In this document: positions 24,008 to 36,414 of the stretch, piece by piece
How the letters are laid out: every line of letters begins with the position of its first letter
Numbering within the stretch: the first letter of the stretch is position 1
Source of the DNA: Lama glama
Taxonomy: Eukaryota
Direction: 5' to 3'
Length of the DNA stretch: 64,000 bases
NCBI GenBank assembly: GCA_028534125.1
Contig: CM052818.1
Location: 15,254,001-15,318,000, forward strand
Translations under genes and position numbers: made by a program
The notes under the pieces: generated by a model
Databases searched by the model: none
Told to the model about the DNA's origin: nothing
The model's input: the letters and a program-made list of their open reading frames with translations, nothing else

Positions 24008-24401
24008 TGTTAAAAGATAAAATGGGGTGTATTAAAAATATTAAGAGTTTATGTGAGCAAAAATTGATTTTAATTGAGCAGCATCTAATCTTGCAGTTAG
24101 AAAGGAGCTCTGAAGAGCCATATAAAATGAGAGACTTTTATAGCCAGAAGGGAGTGGGAACAAGGAAGTTATACTAGGCAAAAAGGTGGATTGGTTATTG
24201 CAAGGTTACTTTCCTTTAGAGGATGGCAGGGGTCTAACAGGCAAGATGACCTAACTTGTACTGGCCAATTAATTCCTGATTGACTGGTTTAATATTCCAT
24301 TTCTGGGAGAGAAAAAACTTAATTGAGTTAAATCTTTGTTTGGTGATGTGGGACTTAGCATAAATGACTTCATATTGGACCTGTTGTCTTGTTTTCTAAC
24401 A
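24008..24401 (-). repeat. 3' LTR of the provirus
   Basis: Shares agaaaggagctctgaa...aaaatgagagacttttatagccagaa with 30889-31294; TATA ggctataaaa on minus; PPT caaggagggaaggaac directly upstream (24417-24402). Confidence 0.9.
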
Positions 24402-24575
24402 GTTCCTTCCCTCCTTGGGATCAGATTAGTAGTCTGAGACACTTGATAAAAAATTTAAGGCATTAGTGTTACTCCCTGCTAACGCTCTGGAGTTCTTGCT
24501 GTTTTTGCTCAATCTGTGCATGGTATTCACAGGTCATGACTTTGGGTTCCCATTATCGAAGCTGGTCATTTCTTT

Positions 24576-24784
24576 TTTTTTTTTTTTAACTTTTTTTTTA
24601 ATTGATTTATAGTCACTTTACAATGTTGTGTCAAATTCCAGTGTAGAGCACAATTTTTCAGTTATACATGAACATACATGCATTCGTTGTCACATTCTCT
24701 TTCGCTGTGAGCCACTGCAAGATCCTGTATATATTTCCCTGTGCTACACAGTACAATCTTGTTTATCTATTCTACATTTTGAAA
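24576..24784 (-). mobile_element. Young 5'-truncated L1 (3' UTR plus poly-A) inside the ERV
   Basis: Poly-T head and a perfect TSD ggtcatttcttt at 24564-24575 and 24785-24796. Confidence 0.9.
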
Positions 24785-24869
24785 GGTCATTTCTTTCTTT
24801 GTTCCTTTTCCAATGTTCTCTTTTCAGAGAGATCATTTGCTTGGGTAGTTAGTGGCTGCGAACATGCAG

Positions 24870-25310
24870 TTTAGACTTTTGAGACAGTATAGTGCACCAG
24901 GGAGACTGCTGTGATGATTATAACCAGGATAATTCCCAACATCTGGAGCACACGTTGAAGTCATGGTCCCCAAGATCCAAACCAATCATAACTAAGTCAA
25001 AGAAAGACCCTGGTGAAAGAGTCACTGTCTTAAACCAACTGGTTTGTTTCGTGATCTTGAGTAGCAAAGTCTCAACTTCCCCGGAGATGTCAGTCAAAAT
25101 GCAGCAGGTGGTGTAGTGCACCTCCTCCTTGTTCAGCTAAGAGATAGCCAAGGGTTATCCTGTTACCAAGAACAACTTTGGCCAGAGAGTCTAGGGATAT
25201 TTTGGGGGCAGCCATTGCTTTATCAGCAGTAGGAATCTGTCAAAGGAAACCACTTTCGAACCATGAACGCCTCCTGGTAATTCCCATTTGATTTTGTGGC
25301 TCAGGGCTGG
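24870..25310 (-). pseudogene. env: ERV env transmembrane-subunit relic
   Basis: KIKW/ELPGG (decayed furin site, 25295-25284), SLDSLAKVVLGNRITLGYLLAEQGG (ISD, 25176-25123), TTCC..ISGEVET (ORF 24918..25121), TM anchor LQMLGIILVIIITAVSLV; frameshifted. Confidence 0.9.
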
Positions 25311-25838
25311 AAAAGTGACAGCCATAGAGACCCGTAAAATGTAAGGATCTCCAGACCACACAGATGGTTTTATTCTGGTTACCCTTATGTGGTGTCCTTT
25401 TCTTTGTATAAAGCATGGATGCAAGTTTCCTCAGGTTTGGGGTTGTTAACCAGAGGCAGGGAAATGGACCCACAAGATTAGAGAGCCTGATGTGAGAGAG
25501 GGAGCCGAGTTTGTTGTGGAGACACTGAGGCACTAGAAATCAGGCATGAGTGGGTGATGGGCAGAACTACAGGATCAGCAGTGTTGTGGCAAATCCAATA
25601 GTAGTTAAGAGGCTGGATTACTTCTCCCTTACAGTGGCCTGAGATATATGAACAAAGGCATTATCTTTCTAGGCCAGAACAAGGAAAAAGGTGAATGTAA
25701 GAATTACAGACTTTTGTGGTATAAAAATTAGGAAAAGGGTGATCAGAGAGAGGGGGAGGAATGGAAAGAAACATTCTTAATCCCGTCTTGCAAGGAAGCA
25801 GCCTACCTCGATGTCAATTTGCTTTTAAGGTCCCCAGC

Positions 25839-25965
25839 TTATGCACAGAACCAGATGTCAGGTGGAGCCTTCTTCAGCTGCACCCAAGTTTGGACATCTT
25901 GTACTTGGGCAGCAGTATCAGTGGTCAGGATTAATTGATAGAGTCCTTTCCATGAATCCCACTTT
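25839..25965 (-). pseudogene. pol: ERV integrase C-terminal relic
   Basis: WKGLYQLILTTDTAAQVQDVQTWVQLKKAPPD follows the gammaretroviral WKGPY.V.LTT.TA....W...LK.AP pattern. Confidence 0.8.
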
Positions 25966-28509
25966 TTCAAAAGCATCGGAGTAAAACAATAACTGTAAAT
26001 AACAAAAGACTTTAAAATACCCAAGGTTAAAGATCTGATGAGAATTCATCGTAATAGGATTGACAAAGAAATTTGGTTATTTCAGTGACATACATTTTAA
26101 GACAATAATTGGAATTATGACTGATAGCATTATACTAGAGCATATCAGATTTTGGGGAATTTCATATAGTTTATAGAACATTTATGTTAATTAATATGCA
26201 TTCATACAAATAACCTAAGAAGGTTTATCACCACTTATTTGACAATGCTTCCAATGTAATTTAACATACCAAATAAATCTAATTACTGTTACATTTCTCT
26301 TTTACAATGTGAGAGACAAATCTTTTGAGATCTTCCAGGGACCCTTTGGGAAATCTCAAACTTACTTTGGAGTCAGAAGGTCTCTATTTAGGATTTGATT
26401 TTGGGAAGTTGTCAAAATATCAAAAGGTAAACATTTGAGAAAATAAGGTCACAGATTATTATGAAATAATATTTAATTATCTATTTAACAAAAGTGACAA
26501 TAGAAAAATTTAAAAGCAAATAAAGAAGGTTACATAGTTGTGAACAAAACTTAGCTATTTTAATATTGAGAGGACTGGGTTTTTTTAAGTAATGAAAGTA
26601 TCTGATAAAGACAATGTAAAATACAGTAAATTATTTTGGTTAGACACAAAATCTTTGTATTCCAAGTAGATTACCCAAAAGGTCAAAACGAAAAAAACTT
26701 CTGTAATCTCTCATCAAGAGAAAACCAATAGTCCAAAGAAAAATTGTTCTTTTAACAGAGAAAACCAAATTCTAGTTTTGCACCCGTGTACTTTGGATAT
26801 TTAAACTCATTATTTAAAAACTTAAATCCATTCTAATCTTAGTCAGCTTGACCACACATAAAATTCCTTTCCCATAAGCCTTCTATGACTTTTTTATATA
26901 CATTCAAAATTTGTCCCATTTTTAAAATCCTTTTTTCTCATTTTGGAACAACCAGTCATTTTACTTTCCTTACCTACTTTTCTTAAATTGTTTCCTTTTC
27001 ACTATTACTATTTCTAAGTAGTTTCAATTACATGTATTGGTTAGCATTCTTAACCTTTAGCATACTTAATTCCTAGTGAAAAATAAGAAGTAATTGAGGA
27101 CTGTTTTGCACTAGCATTCTGTGGATTGATAAATATATCATATGCTTCATAATTTCTAAAAGTATATTATTCCTCATAATACATTTTTCAATGAGGCACA
27201 AAACATGTTTACTAATAAACCCAAGTAGTTTTAGTTCCTCTATAAAAGGAAGCCACAAGTAAATAAACTTGTGTTCAGTAATTAATGTTTTAGTATTTTA
27301 TATTATTTAAAAATAATCTAGATATTCAATAAATACCCATCATTTAATTTACCTCAATATATCTTTAAGATTTCAAGTTACCAAAAAGACTTTGGAAACT
27401 ATTTTTAGGTAGACATACTATAAAGCATAATTATTGTTGAAAAGTTTATTTACAAACTTTTATCTTGTTTACATCTATTTAATTCACTTGTTCTTAACAG
27501 ATATGTTGAGATTAGTCACAAAAACTTGATGAGGCATTAAACAGCTAACCATCGTCTTAAGTAATCTTCCTCGCTGACAATTTTTATGATAGAGACAACA
27601 TGAGATTATTTGAGTATTAGTAAACCCAGTTGAAATAAAAGTATTATATTTAATGCTGATAACTCTAAAGACGTGTCTATTTTAATTAAACCAACGAACT
27701 TAAACTACCTTTTATTTACCGATAACTACAGATTGTCCTAGATCACATGAACTTGAAAAACATTTGGGTTAGTTTCTATATTTTTGGGAGTATACTTGAT
27801 TTATAGAAATGCTTGTTTGTCTTTAAGCCAATTAAATAGCATTCTTTACAAATTAATTTTGGTAATTCCATCTAAAGGTAGAAAAATCACACATTTATAA
27901 CATACAAACCTAGACATACATAAACATACAGACAGATGCAAACAGATCTTACAGTATTGATTTAAAAATTAAGCCATAAGATGGGTATGATAATACAAAA
28001 CTCACTAGTTCATAAAAAAAATAGTTGGATCCAAATTGTGTTTCTGTCAGATGAAGTAAGGTTACTTGCTCACGTGGCTGAAACTTTTTATTAATATTTA
28101 CTAAAGCTATCTTTAAGATTTTTTCATCGGCCTGGTTTTTAAAATGACCTTTCTTTTCCCCCCAATCCTTCTGGTAAGAATTCCCTTGGTTCCTAGAGAA
28201 GACCAGGTAGAATACTTACATCTCAAAAGGCAACAAGAAAGAATGCAGGTTCTACCTGGTAGGACTTGTGTTCCATAAGTCCAGGTAGTTCACAGTATCT
28301 GCAAGCCTTTTGAGATGAGTAGGGGAGGTTTGGGGATTGGTAAGAAGGATAAGTGGGCTTTGAATTGTTTCTAGAACTGTATTTCTGTTCCTTGAAAGAC
28401 TCAATTTATAAGACAAGTACAGTTGTTCTTAACTCCTCAAAGAATTGGGTTGCAACGCAAATGATATGGAGGCTGACTCACTGATACAACTACTTTATCT
28501 TCAGTTTCT

Positions 28510-28657
28510 TTTTTTTTTCCTTTCTGTTCTTTGTGTGTGTGTGTGTGTGAAGTAATTAGGTTTGTTTATTTATTTATTATGGAGATACTGGAGATTGAAC
28601 CCAGGACTTCGTACATGCTAAGCATGCACTCTACCACTGAGCTATACCCACCCCCCT
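28510..28657 (-). mobile_element. Vic-1-like camelid tRNA-derived SINE
   Basis: The reverse strand reads gggtatagctcagtggtagagtgcatgcttagcatgtacgaagtcctgggttcaatctccagta (A and B boxes) plus an aaacctaatta tail; homologous to 60716-60859. Confidence 0.85.
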
Positions 28658-28658
28658 T

Positions 28659-29398
28659 TTTAAAAATTGAAGTAGAGTCAATTATAATGTGTCAATTTCT
28701 GGTGTACAGCACAATGTCCCAGTCATACATATACATACATATATTCATTTTCATATTCTTTTTCATTAAATGTTATTACAAGATATTGAATATAGTTCCC
28801 TGTGCTATACAGAACAAAAATTTTAAAATCTGTTTTCATGTATAGTGGTTAATATTGGCAGATCTCGAACTCCCAAATTTGTCCCTTCCCATCCCCTTTC
28901 CCCCTGGTAACCATGAGATTGTTTACCTTGTCTGTGAGTTTGTTTCTGTTTTGTAGATGAGTTCTTTTTTCTTTTTTCAGATTCCACATATGAGTGATAT
29001 CATTTGGTATTTTTCTTTCTCTTTCTGGCTTACTTCAGTTAGAATGACGATCTTCATCCATGTTGTGTCAAATGACATTATTTTATTCTTTTCTATGGCT
29101 GAGTAGTATTGCATTGTATACGTCTCCTTGATCCAGTCATCTGTTGATGGACATTTAGGTTGTTTCCGTCTAGACTATTGTATATAGTGCTGCTATGAAC
29201 ACTGGGGTGGATGTATTGTTTTGAATTTGAATTCACTCCAGATATATGCCCAGGAGTGAGATTGATGGATCCTATGGTAAGTCTATTTTTAGTTTTTTGA
29301 GGAATCTCTATGCTGTTTTCCATAATGGTTGCACCAAACTATATCCCCACCAACAGTGTAGGAGGATTCCCTTTTCTCCACACTGTCTCCAGCATTTA
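28659..29398 (-). mobile_element. Young 5'-truncated L1
   Basis: L1 3' UTR and ORF2 end homologous to 5531-6509; likely TSD tcagtttcttttt (28501) / tcagtttattttt (29399) encloses both the SINE and the L1. Confidence 0.9.
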
Positions 29399-29595
29399 TC
29401 AGTTTATTTTTTTATATCAAGGAGATCTTCAACTGAAATGGAAATCTAGAGATTTCTATATTATAGATTTAGAGCTGTTTGTCTTCAGTATGTTTCTGTG
29501 AATCCTTCCACAAAGACTTCATAATGCTTTTCTTGCCCCTAGGTACATAGTTTCATTTTAGTTTAGGGGAGAAGGCCCCTAACAAGTAAAGCCCC

Positions 29596-29717
29596 TGGGG
29601 GAAGAGCATGCACAAGGTCCTGGATTCAACCCCCAGTACCTCTATTAAAAATAAATAAATACATAAATAAACCTAATTACTCTTCCTCCAAAATAATTTT
29701 AAGAAATAAAAAATAAA
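29596..29717 (+). mobile_element. Vic-1-like SINE with the A-box region deleted
   Basis: gggggaag-agcatgcacaaggtcctggattcaacccccagtacctc...aaataaacctaattac. Confidence 0.8.
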
Positions 29718-30866
29718 TTTCCTTTCAGTCTCTGAACGTCAGCTTCCAATTTGGCTAACTTCTGATCACAGAGCTACTTTAAAATAACCTTTCAAATATT
29801 TTGTCGGGTTTCAACCAGGACAAATAGTAAATATTCCTGGCAGTATTGAATTAGACTCTGCAAAGAGTGTGCAAAATACACTACCATCTCAAGATCCACA
29901 GCCAGTCCCAAGAATAAAACAAAGAAATACTCAAGATGACTCCCTGAGAGCTGGCAACAGTCAGCTGGACCCTAGCTGCAAGGAATGTAACCCATATTTC
30001 TGCCTAGCCATATTTTTGGGACCCCCAGACTGACAGTTGCTAAGCCAAGTTCTCAGGACACAAAAGGAGACAAACCAGGTGGCAATAGCCGTCCCTGGGA
30101 GAGTAAAGATTGACAACCAGTGAGTATCTAAAAGCAATTCAAGAGTCACAATTCAAAGATTTAATTCTTAGTTGATTTGTTTTTTTTTTGTTTTTTTGGT
30201 TTGTCAATCTGAATTTGGAAAGGAGGGACCAACGTGAAATTTTACCTTCCTCTCTCAACCAAGCAACACAGATAGAAATCTGGGAGATCTGACTTTGGTA
30301 AGAATTCCCATCCTTAGCTGGCTTCTGCCAGTTTTCCCAGGATCCTGTCTACAGGTTCTGCAGAGAGGGGGCTTCCTTTCGTCAGAAATTACAGAGGAGG
30401 AAGAATAATTTTTCCTCTACCTTTTATGCTGAGTGGTTGGCCAAGGCCTATTTTTCTCTGGGGTGTCTCATAAACAGACAGTCTTATCTGGGTTAAAATT
30501 CTCTACTGTGGTTACTGTAATTCAGGATTATCTTTGTTAAGGTTAACCTGCTTGCTCAGCCTCAAAACATATTTTTTTCACCTGAGTCCTCACACTGGAC
30601 CCAGTCCTCCCCAGATTCAGTCTGGTTTCTAAGTGGGATCCAGTTTGACCCTGGACCCAGTCCAAAGCCAGCTGGTTTCCAGACCCAGACTGGAAAAAGA
30701 AATGCTCTAATAAAGTCTACAAGCTTATAACACAGAACTGCAGAGCTAGGGTCCAGAGGGACTTACCCATGACCTCCAGAGGCAGCGAGAAAGCAGTGAG
30801 TTCAGGGGCTCCACGGGGATGGCTGATTGCTTGCTGCTTCTGGGGACGGTTAGGGGTCTCCTTCAG

Positions 30867-30884
30867 TTCTCTCTTCTGAAACCA
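30867..30884 (-). promoter_or_regulatory. Primer-binding site, tRNA-Leu-like
   Basis: Minus strand TGGTTTCAGAAGAGAGAA lies 4 nt after the 5' LTR and matches 14/18 of TGGTGTCAGAAGTGGGAT (complement of the tRNA-Leu(CAA) 3' end). Confidence 0.7.
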
Positions 30885-30888
30885 GAAC

Positions 30889-31294
30889 TGTTAAAAGAGA
30901 AACTGATACACATCACAAATTTTAAGAGTTTTTTTGAGCAGCAATCAGTTTGAATGAGGCAGCATCCAATCTAGCAGATAGAAAGGAGCTCTGAAAATCT
31001 ATACAAAATGAGAGACTTTTATAGCCAGAAAGGAATGGAAATGAGGAATTTACTAGAGAAAAAGCAGATTGGTTGTTGCAAAGCAGGTTGGTTGTTGCAA
31101 GGTACTTTCCTTTAGGGGACGGCAGGGGCCTACCAGGCAGGTTACCTAACGGCTGATTGGGTGATTCCTGATGGACTGGCTTAAGATTCCACTTACGAGA
31201 GAGCTCTAACTGTAATTCAGTCTCGATTTGGTGATGGGGGCTTGGCATGAGGAACTCTATTTTGGGCCAGTTGTCTTTTTTTTTTTTTTTGACA
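30889..31294 (-). repeat. 5' LTR of the provirus
   Basis: Homologous to 24008-24401 and followed on the minus strand by the PBS. Confidence 0.9.
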
Positions 31295-31899
31295 TTAGCT
31301 ACGGTGGTGAGAATGCCTACTATTCAAACTGATTTAGGGGAAATGCTGATAAAGAGGTTTGAAACGTCACTCTTTTTTCTTTGGGTTCTTTCCATCAAGG
31401 GTAAAAAGACCATACCTTCTTCCTGGCTTCTCTCAAAAGGCCTCTAGCAGCAAGAGAGAGGTGCTCTGAAGCATTTTGCTCTCGCGGAGGGGTCTGATGA
31501 GTTACAGCTCTTGTGTTCAGGTTTTGGATATTGGAAATAGGCATCTTCCCTTATTGGTTAAATAAGATTTATGTGACTAGAGTTTTTTATTTATCAAGGC
31601 TGGGATTCTAGATGTGTTCCAAAAAATCTGTGAATAACTGAGGTTTTCTTAAATTTTATAGACTAAATTACTGGTAATATAGCTCATGAAATCTCAGGAA
31701 GATAAGAACCTATGAAAAGATAAACTTTCCTGTTAAAGACTTGAATAGGCTGTGCCATGAGATTCCCTCATCTGAGATGGCTTTAAACAGAGGCAGTTAC
31801 AGAATGAAGGGAGAAAATGGTACTAGGAAATCAACTGGGGTGCAACATAACCACAAACTCCACTTCCAGGGCTTTAGCACGTTTGATACCCTTGGTCTA

Positions 31900-32057
31900 A
31901 AAATTCTTTCCCCATCTAACTCTGTGGGTCGTTGCCTCATCCTTTTCAGAACTTTGCTGAAATGTCACCTTCTCAGTGAAGTTTTCAGTCACTGTTCTAT
32001 TTAAAATTGCAATCTCCACCATGCTCAGCGTTCTCCATCCCCCTGCCCTGCATTATT
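31900..32057 (+). mobile_element. L2 LINE fragment truncated by the gap
   Basis: aaatgtcaccttctcagtgaag...ctatttaaaattgcaa. Confidence 0.7.
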
Positions 32058-32557
32058 NNNNNNNNNNNNNNNNNNNNNNNNNNNNNNNNNNNNNNNNNNN
32101 NNNNNNNNNNNNNNNNNNNNNNNNNNNNNNNNNNNNNNNNNNNNNNNNNNNNNNNNNNNNNNNNNNNNNNNNNNNNNNNNNNNNNNNNNNNNNNNNNNNN
32201 NNNNNNNNNNNNNNNNNNNNNNNNNNNNNNNNNNNNNNNNNNNNNNNNNNNNNNNNNNNNNNNNNNNNNNNNNNNNNNNNNNNNNNNNNNNNNNNNNNNN
32301 NNNNNNNNNNNNNNNNNNNNNNNNNNNNNNNNNNNNNNNNNNNNNNNNNNNNNNNNNNNNNNNNNNNNNNNNNNNNNNNNNNNNNNNNNNNNNNNNNNNN
32401 NNNNNNNNNNNNNNNNNNNNNNNNNNNNNNNNNNNNNNNNNNNNNNNNNNNNNNNNNNNNNNNNNNNNNNNNNNNNNNNNNNNNNNNNNNNNNNNNNNNN
32501 NNNNNNNNNNNNNNNNNNNNNNNNNNNNNNNNNNNNNNNNNNNNNNNNNNNNNNNNN
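32058..32557. other. Assembly gap (500 N)
   Basis: A run of exactly 500 N. Confidence 0.99.
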
Positions 32558-32879
32558 AGCTGGCCAACATAATCTGTCTTTAAAAGCTTATTTTCTAAAA
32601 CACTAGTGACTGCCATGCTGTTTGCATACATTCATTGACTTCTTTTTCTGGAAGGAGAGTTTGGATAATTGTACCTTTTCAAGAGAAGTAATATCTGTTG
32701 TATCTTTCAGTGGGTTGATGATTTTCAGCGATGCTTTCATTTTTGGGTCTCATCAGTAAACACAAATCTGTCAGTAAAGCTGACACAGGGCTGATCCTTT
32801 CTTAGCTAGAGATGGTCTTCCACTAACTCTCCCCTCCTTGTCTTGTCTAAATGCCTCAAAGTTCTCATGTTTACTCTGG

Positions 32880-33245
32880 GTGCCACTCTGGGCAATTTGT
32901 TTGCAAGCAATGGATACCAATTCTGACCAGTATACAATATAAAGGACTTTCTTGAAAGTTGAGGGTGAACACACAGGTTTGGAGAGAAGGTCCAACCATC
33001 AGCCTTGGAGCAGACAAAAATTGGGCAGCTCCAGGGGGTCCTGGTGGCAGAAATATCTGTACAGTCTTACCCAGGCTGAGCTCTCAAGTTAATTTTCTCC
33101 AGCTATTTTCAGTGTTTGCCTCACGTGTTTCATGATTCAATTCTGAAAAAAGCAATGCCTGGTTTGTCTAGCTCGGTGAAGGGAAGACAGGACCTCTGAC
33201 CCAGTGGGGGAGAGGTAATGCTCCCAAAAGAAACCAAGAATATAA
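32880..33245 (-). mobile_element. Old MaLR LTR (MLT1M/N-like), degenerate
   Basis: ttgcaagcaatggatacc...gggcagctccagggg...ggtaatgctcccaaaagaaa. Confidence 0.45.
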
Positions 33246-33711
33246 AATAGATAGTGAGCAATGAAAAAGTAGCAGGTATCCAAAACCCCCGTGGATTATT
33301 AGGGCACTAGAAGTCAAGTAAACGGCTATACCCTTGTATGCGGCCATAGCAGGTTAATTTCTGTGCCTGATATTTTATTTTGGACACTTCTAGCCCACTA
33401 AGACTTGCTTCCATAGTTTATCAAAGTGCTGGTAGACTATTAGTTGACTCTCTTTTTGTTGTCTTATGTGATGAAATGAAGGGTTCTATGAAGCTCCTAA
33501 CTGCTAATCTGTATCCTGTGGGTGAATGAAAATAGAGTTTGGAGTAAAACAATTTAGGTAGGACATTATTAAACAGAGGTTTAGAATGACCACTTCCAGT
33601 AGTTTAAATGTTGTAGCTTTACTGGCATATTTTCATCATGATACTTCCCAGTGGGACATCTATTTTTGGCTTGATCCATATTTGGAAAGAAACTTCCTAC
33701 TGTAAGGTGTC

Positions 33712-34120
33712 TGTTTTAGTTAGGTTTTGCTGAAATAATGCTGTGTAACAAATAACTCCCCAACTCTCAGTGGTTTGCAACAAACATTTATTTCTCGCTC
33801 ATTGATCTAAAGGTCCAGTGACTCTGATGGGCTCTGCTGTCCTTGGTTGGGCTGAGCTTGGCTCCAGGCTGTAGGTTGGGTTAAGATCTGGTCTAAAAGT
33901 GTCCTCCTCTGGAACCAGCAGCTACCCAAGTGTGCTCTTCTTATAGTGGATACAAGAAGGCAAGGAGCTGGTGAAACTTATGAGGACTCTTAAACCCTTG
34001 GGTTGGAAGTGGTATGTATCACTTCTGCCCATGTTCCATTGGCCACAAAAAACTAGGTGACCTAGCTGAGTGTCAGAGAAACAACAGTAACAGTGGAGAG
34101 CAAAGGACAAATTGTAAACA
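33712..34120 (-). mobile_element. MLT1H/I-type LTR
   Basis: tgctgtgtaacaaataactccccaactctcagtgg...acatttattt...tcacttctgcccatgttccattggcca. Confidence 0.8.
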
Positions 34121-35019
34121 AATAATACTGTCTTCCACAGAATTGAAAAATCCCCTGTCTTCATACAGCTGCAGATGGATTGCTGCAGAGTACAGGTAGC
34201 TCAATGTTCTGGTTAGGAAGGGAGTAGAAAGCCGTGGTACCATGCAGGCAACATTTTCTGTGGTATGGGAAGGAGGAAAAGCTTGATACAGGAATTAGCC
34301 GTTTGAAAATTTTGTATGTAAATACACTAAGCAAGTGTCTAAGCAGGAATCGAGTGCCAGCAGTTGAAGAATAGAAACACAAGGGGAGCACACTTGGCAG
34401 GTGGCAGAGGACCCGAGCAGCATGGGGTGAAGATAAAATGGGTCCAGATCAGATCGGAAGGGAATGGAGGCTTTTCTCTGGGCCATACTTGTCAGATTTT
34501 AATCACATCCACTGAGAAAGAAATTAAGGTTAGTTTCAAGACCAACCATTTCCATTGTATGGTTCATATATAAACCTACATATTAAAATATTTGATTTAG
34601 AGAAGACTGCAAAAATCTTTGACACAAAACAGTGTCCACAAAACAATCTGTTCTCCAATATCTTCTCAATTCAATTTTTTTCTTCTCAGTATGGCTCATT
34701 CAGTCATTTGCAGTGAAAGTTTTGATTCCCTTTATGAAATCCTTGGTTGTAGATACCACAGCTGGGTAGGCACTGCTTAATTATCAAGGTCAAAATGCTG
34801 ATGCTCAGAATATGCAAATCCAAGGAAATGAGCTTTTTTACAAAGTACCGTAAGGGAATGTTTTTATGAATAAGTAACATTTTATTCTTTTATATCCCCA
34901 AGAATTATAGACATTCCAAATAAAGTCAATTTATTTTCAATAGAATGCTGTTAACCAAGACATCTAGATAGCCACCTAAATCTTTGAGCACAAATGACAT
35001 AAAGGCAACTCCTAAATGA

Positions 35020-35164
35020 TGTCATAGATAACACTCTAATCCAATAAGACCTCATCTTAACTTGATTATATCTGCAAAAACCTTCTTTCCAAATAAGGTC
35101 ACATTCATAGGGATTAGGCTGTAAACATTGTATCTTTTGGGGAAAGATAATTCAACCCACTACA
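35020..35164 (-). mobile_element. MLT1B/C-type LTR fragment
   Basis: gacctcatcttaacttgattatatctgcaaa...tttccaaataaggtcacattc...aattcaacccactaca. Confidence 0.85.
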
Positions 35165-36125
35165 GATGTATATCAGAGTGAAGTGATAAGATGCCAAACT
35201 CCTCTGTTGACAAGATGTTTTGAACAGATCAACAGTAAACTGAAGTTGATCACTGCTCACTCCTTTTACATGGAGAATTGGAAAGATAAGTTCCTAAATA
35301 CTTTCAAAACAGTGAAAGACGGTGCCAGCCAGGTTTGGAAGAACAAGACAAACTGATCGTGAGAGGTTGTAGTCTCTTTATTGTTTTCAGATAATTGAAA
35401 ATTCAACTTGATGCAACTTAAATACAAACCAGTAAGTCTAGAGTCAACAAACCTGTTGAGAGAAAAAAAAATGATCGTGCAGCATACTAATTAGCAGTGG
35501 GATCTGTATGTAAAAACCCTTGAATTATCAGGCTGCATATCCATCCTTTTTTAAAAAAGAAGTTGATGAGGACACAGAGGTGGTCCAGCAAGAGGAGAGC
35601 CTATAAATAAGAAAGCATGTTGTTACCATACAAGCTATCTGAACTGACAGGTTTGCACTGTGTACGACATTTATACCTACAGGTATAATAAGCAAATTGA
35701 TCCATTTCAGATGGTAGCTTCCGTAGGCTGAAATCCTATCATGGTTTGACTTCACCCAGTAAAAAAAAAAAAATGGAGAAATCCTTTTATAAGGTTCATA
35801 AATTTCTTAGCTAGTTTAGCAGGCAGTTTCACTTTCCATCCTAATTAACAATAAAATATTTTAAGTAAACTGCAAGGGAGATTATTTCAGAGCTTTCCAA
35901 TCTGTAGAGCTGTTGTAATTTTACCACTTACAGTCTTAGCATATCTAAAGGTGGTGTTTTGGAAAATCAATATATATATAATGGCTGAATTTTTGTAAAG
36001 CATCATCTACATGCACCCCATATTCATAGAATAATGGGCTCTGTTGATAAAGTTAATACTGTGTTAGTACAAGGAGTTGTTAGAAATTTAAGGATTGCAT
36101 GGCAGCTCCACCCTCTTGTGGTTGC

Positions 36126-36414
36126 TGTGATGATTAAATTTTATGTGCCAACCTGACTGGTCTATGGTACCCAGTTGTAAGGTCAATCATTAGTCTAGGT
36201 GTTGCTGTGAAATTATTGTCTAGATATGTTTGACATCGACATCTGATTAAGTAAATGTAGGTGGGCCTCATCCAATCAGCTGAAAATCTCAAGAGCAAAA
36301 ACAGGCTTCCTAGAGGAGAGAGAATTCTGCCTGTTTCTAGCTTGCTGGCCTGTTGTACAGATTTGCCAAATATATCGTATTGGTTGTGTTTCTCTGGAGA
36401 ATCCTGACTGATGA
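36126..36414 (+). mobile_element. MLT2 (ERVL) solo LTR, internally deleted
   Basis: tgtgatgattaaattttatgtgccaacctgactgg...gtgggcctcatccaatcagctgaa...tctctggagaatcctgact. Confidence 0.85.

Larger units (their letters stand above)
24008..31294 (-). mobile_element. Class I (ERV1, MER4/MER34-group-like) endogenous provirus with two LTRs, defective
   Basis: Homologous LTRs at 24008-24401 and 30889-31294, both TG...CA; PBS and PPT correctly placed on the minus strand; integrase C-terminus and env TM relics; AT-rich non-coding interior. Confidence 0.9.

Noticed and set aside
30590..30695. Repeated ctggacccagtcc units as a CRISPR-like or novel array
   Set aside because: Only two or three irregular copies inside the ERV leader; no constant spacer length, and the context is eukaryotic.
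31976..32631. Four long ORFs of 181-199 aa
   Set aside because: Artefacts of translating the N gap.
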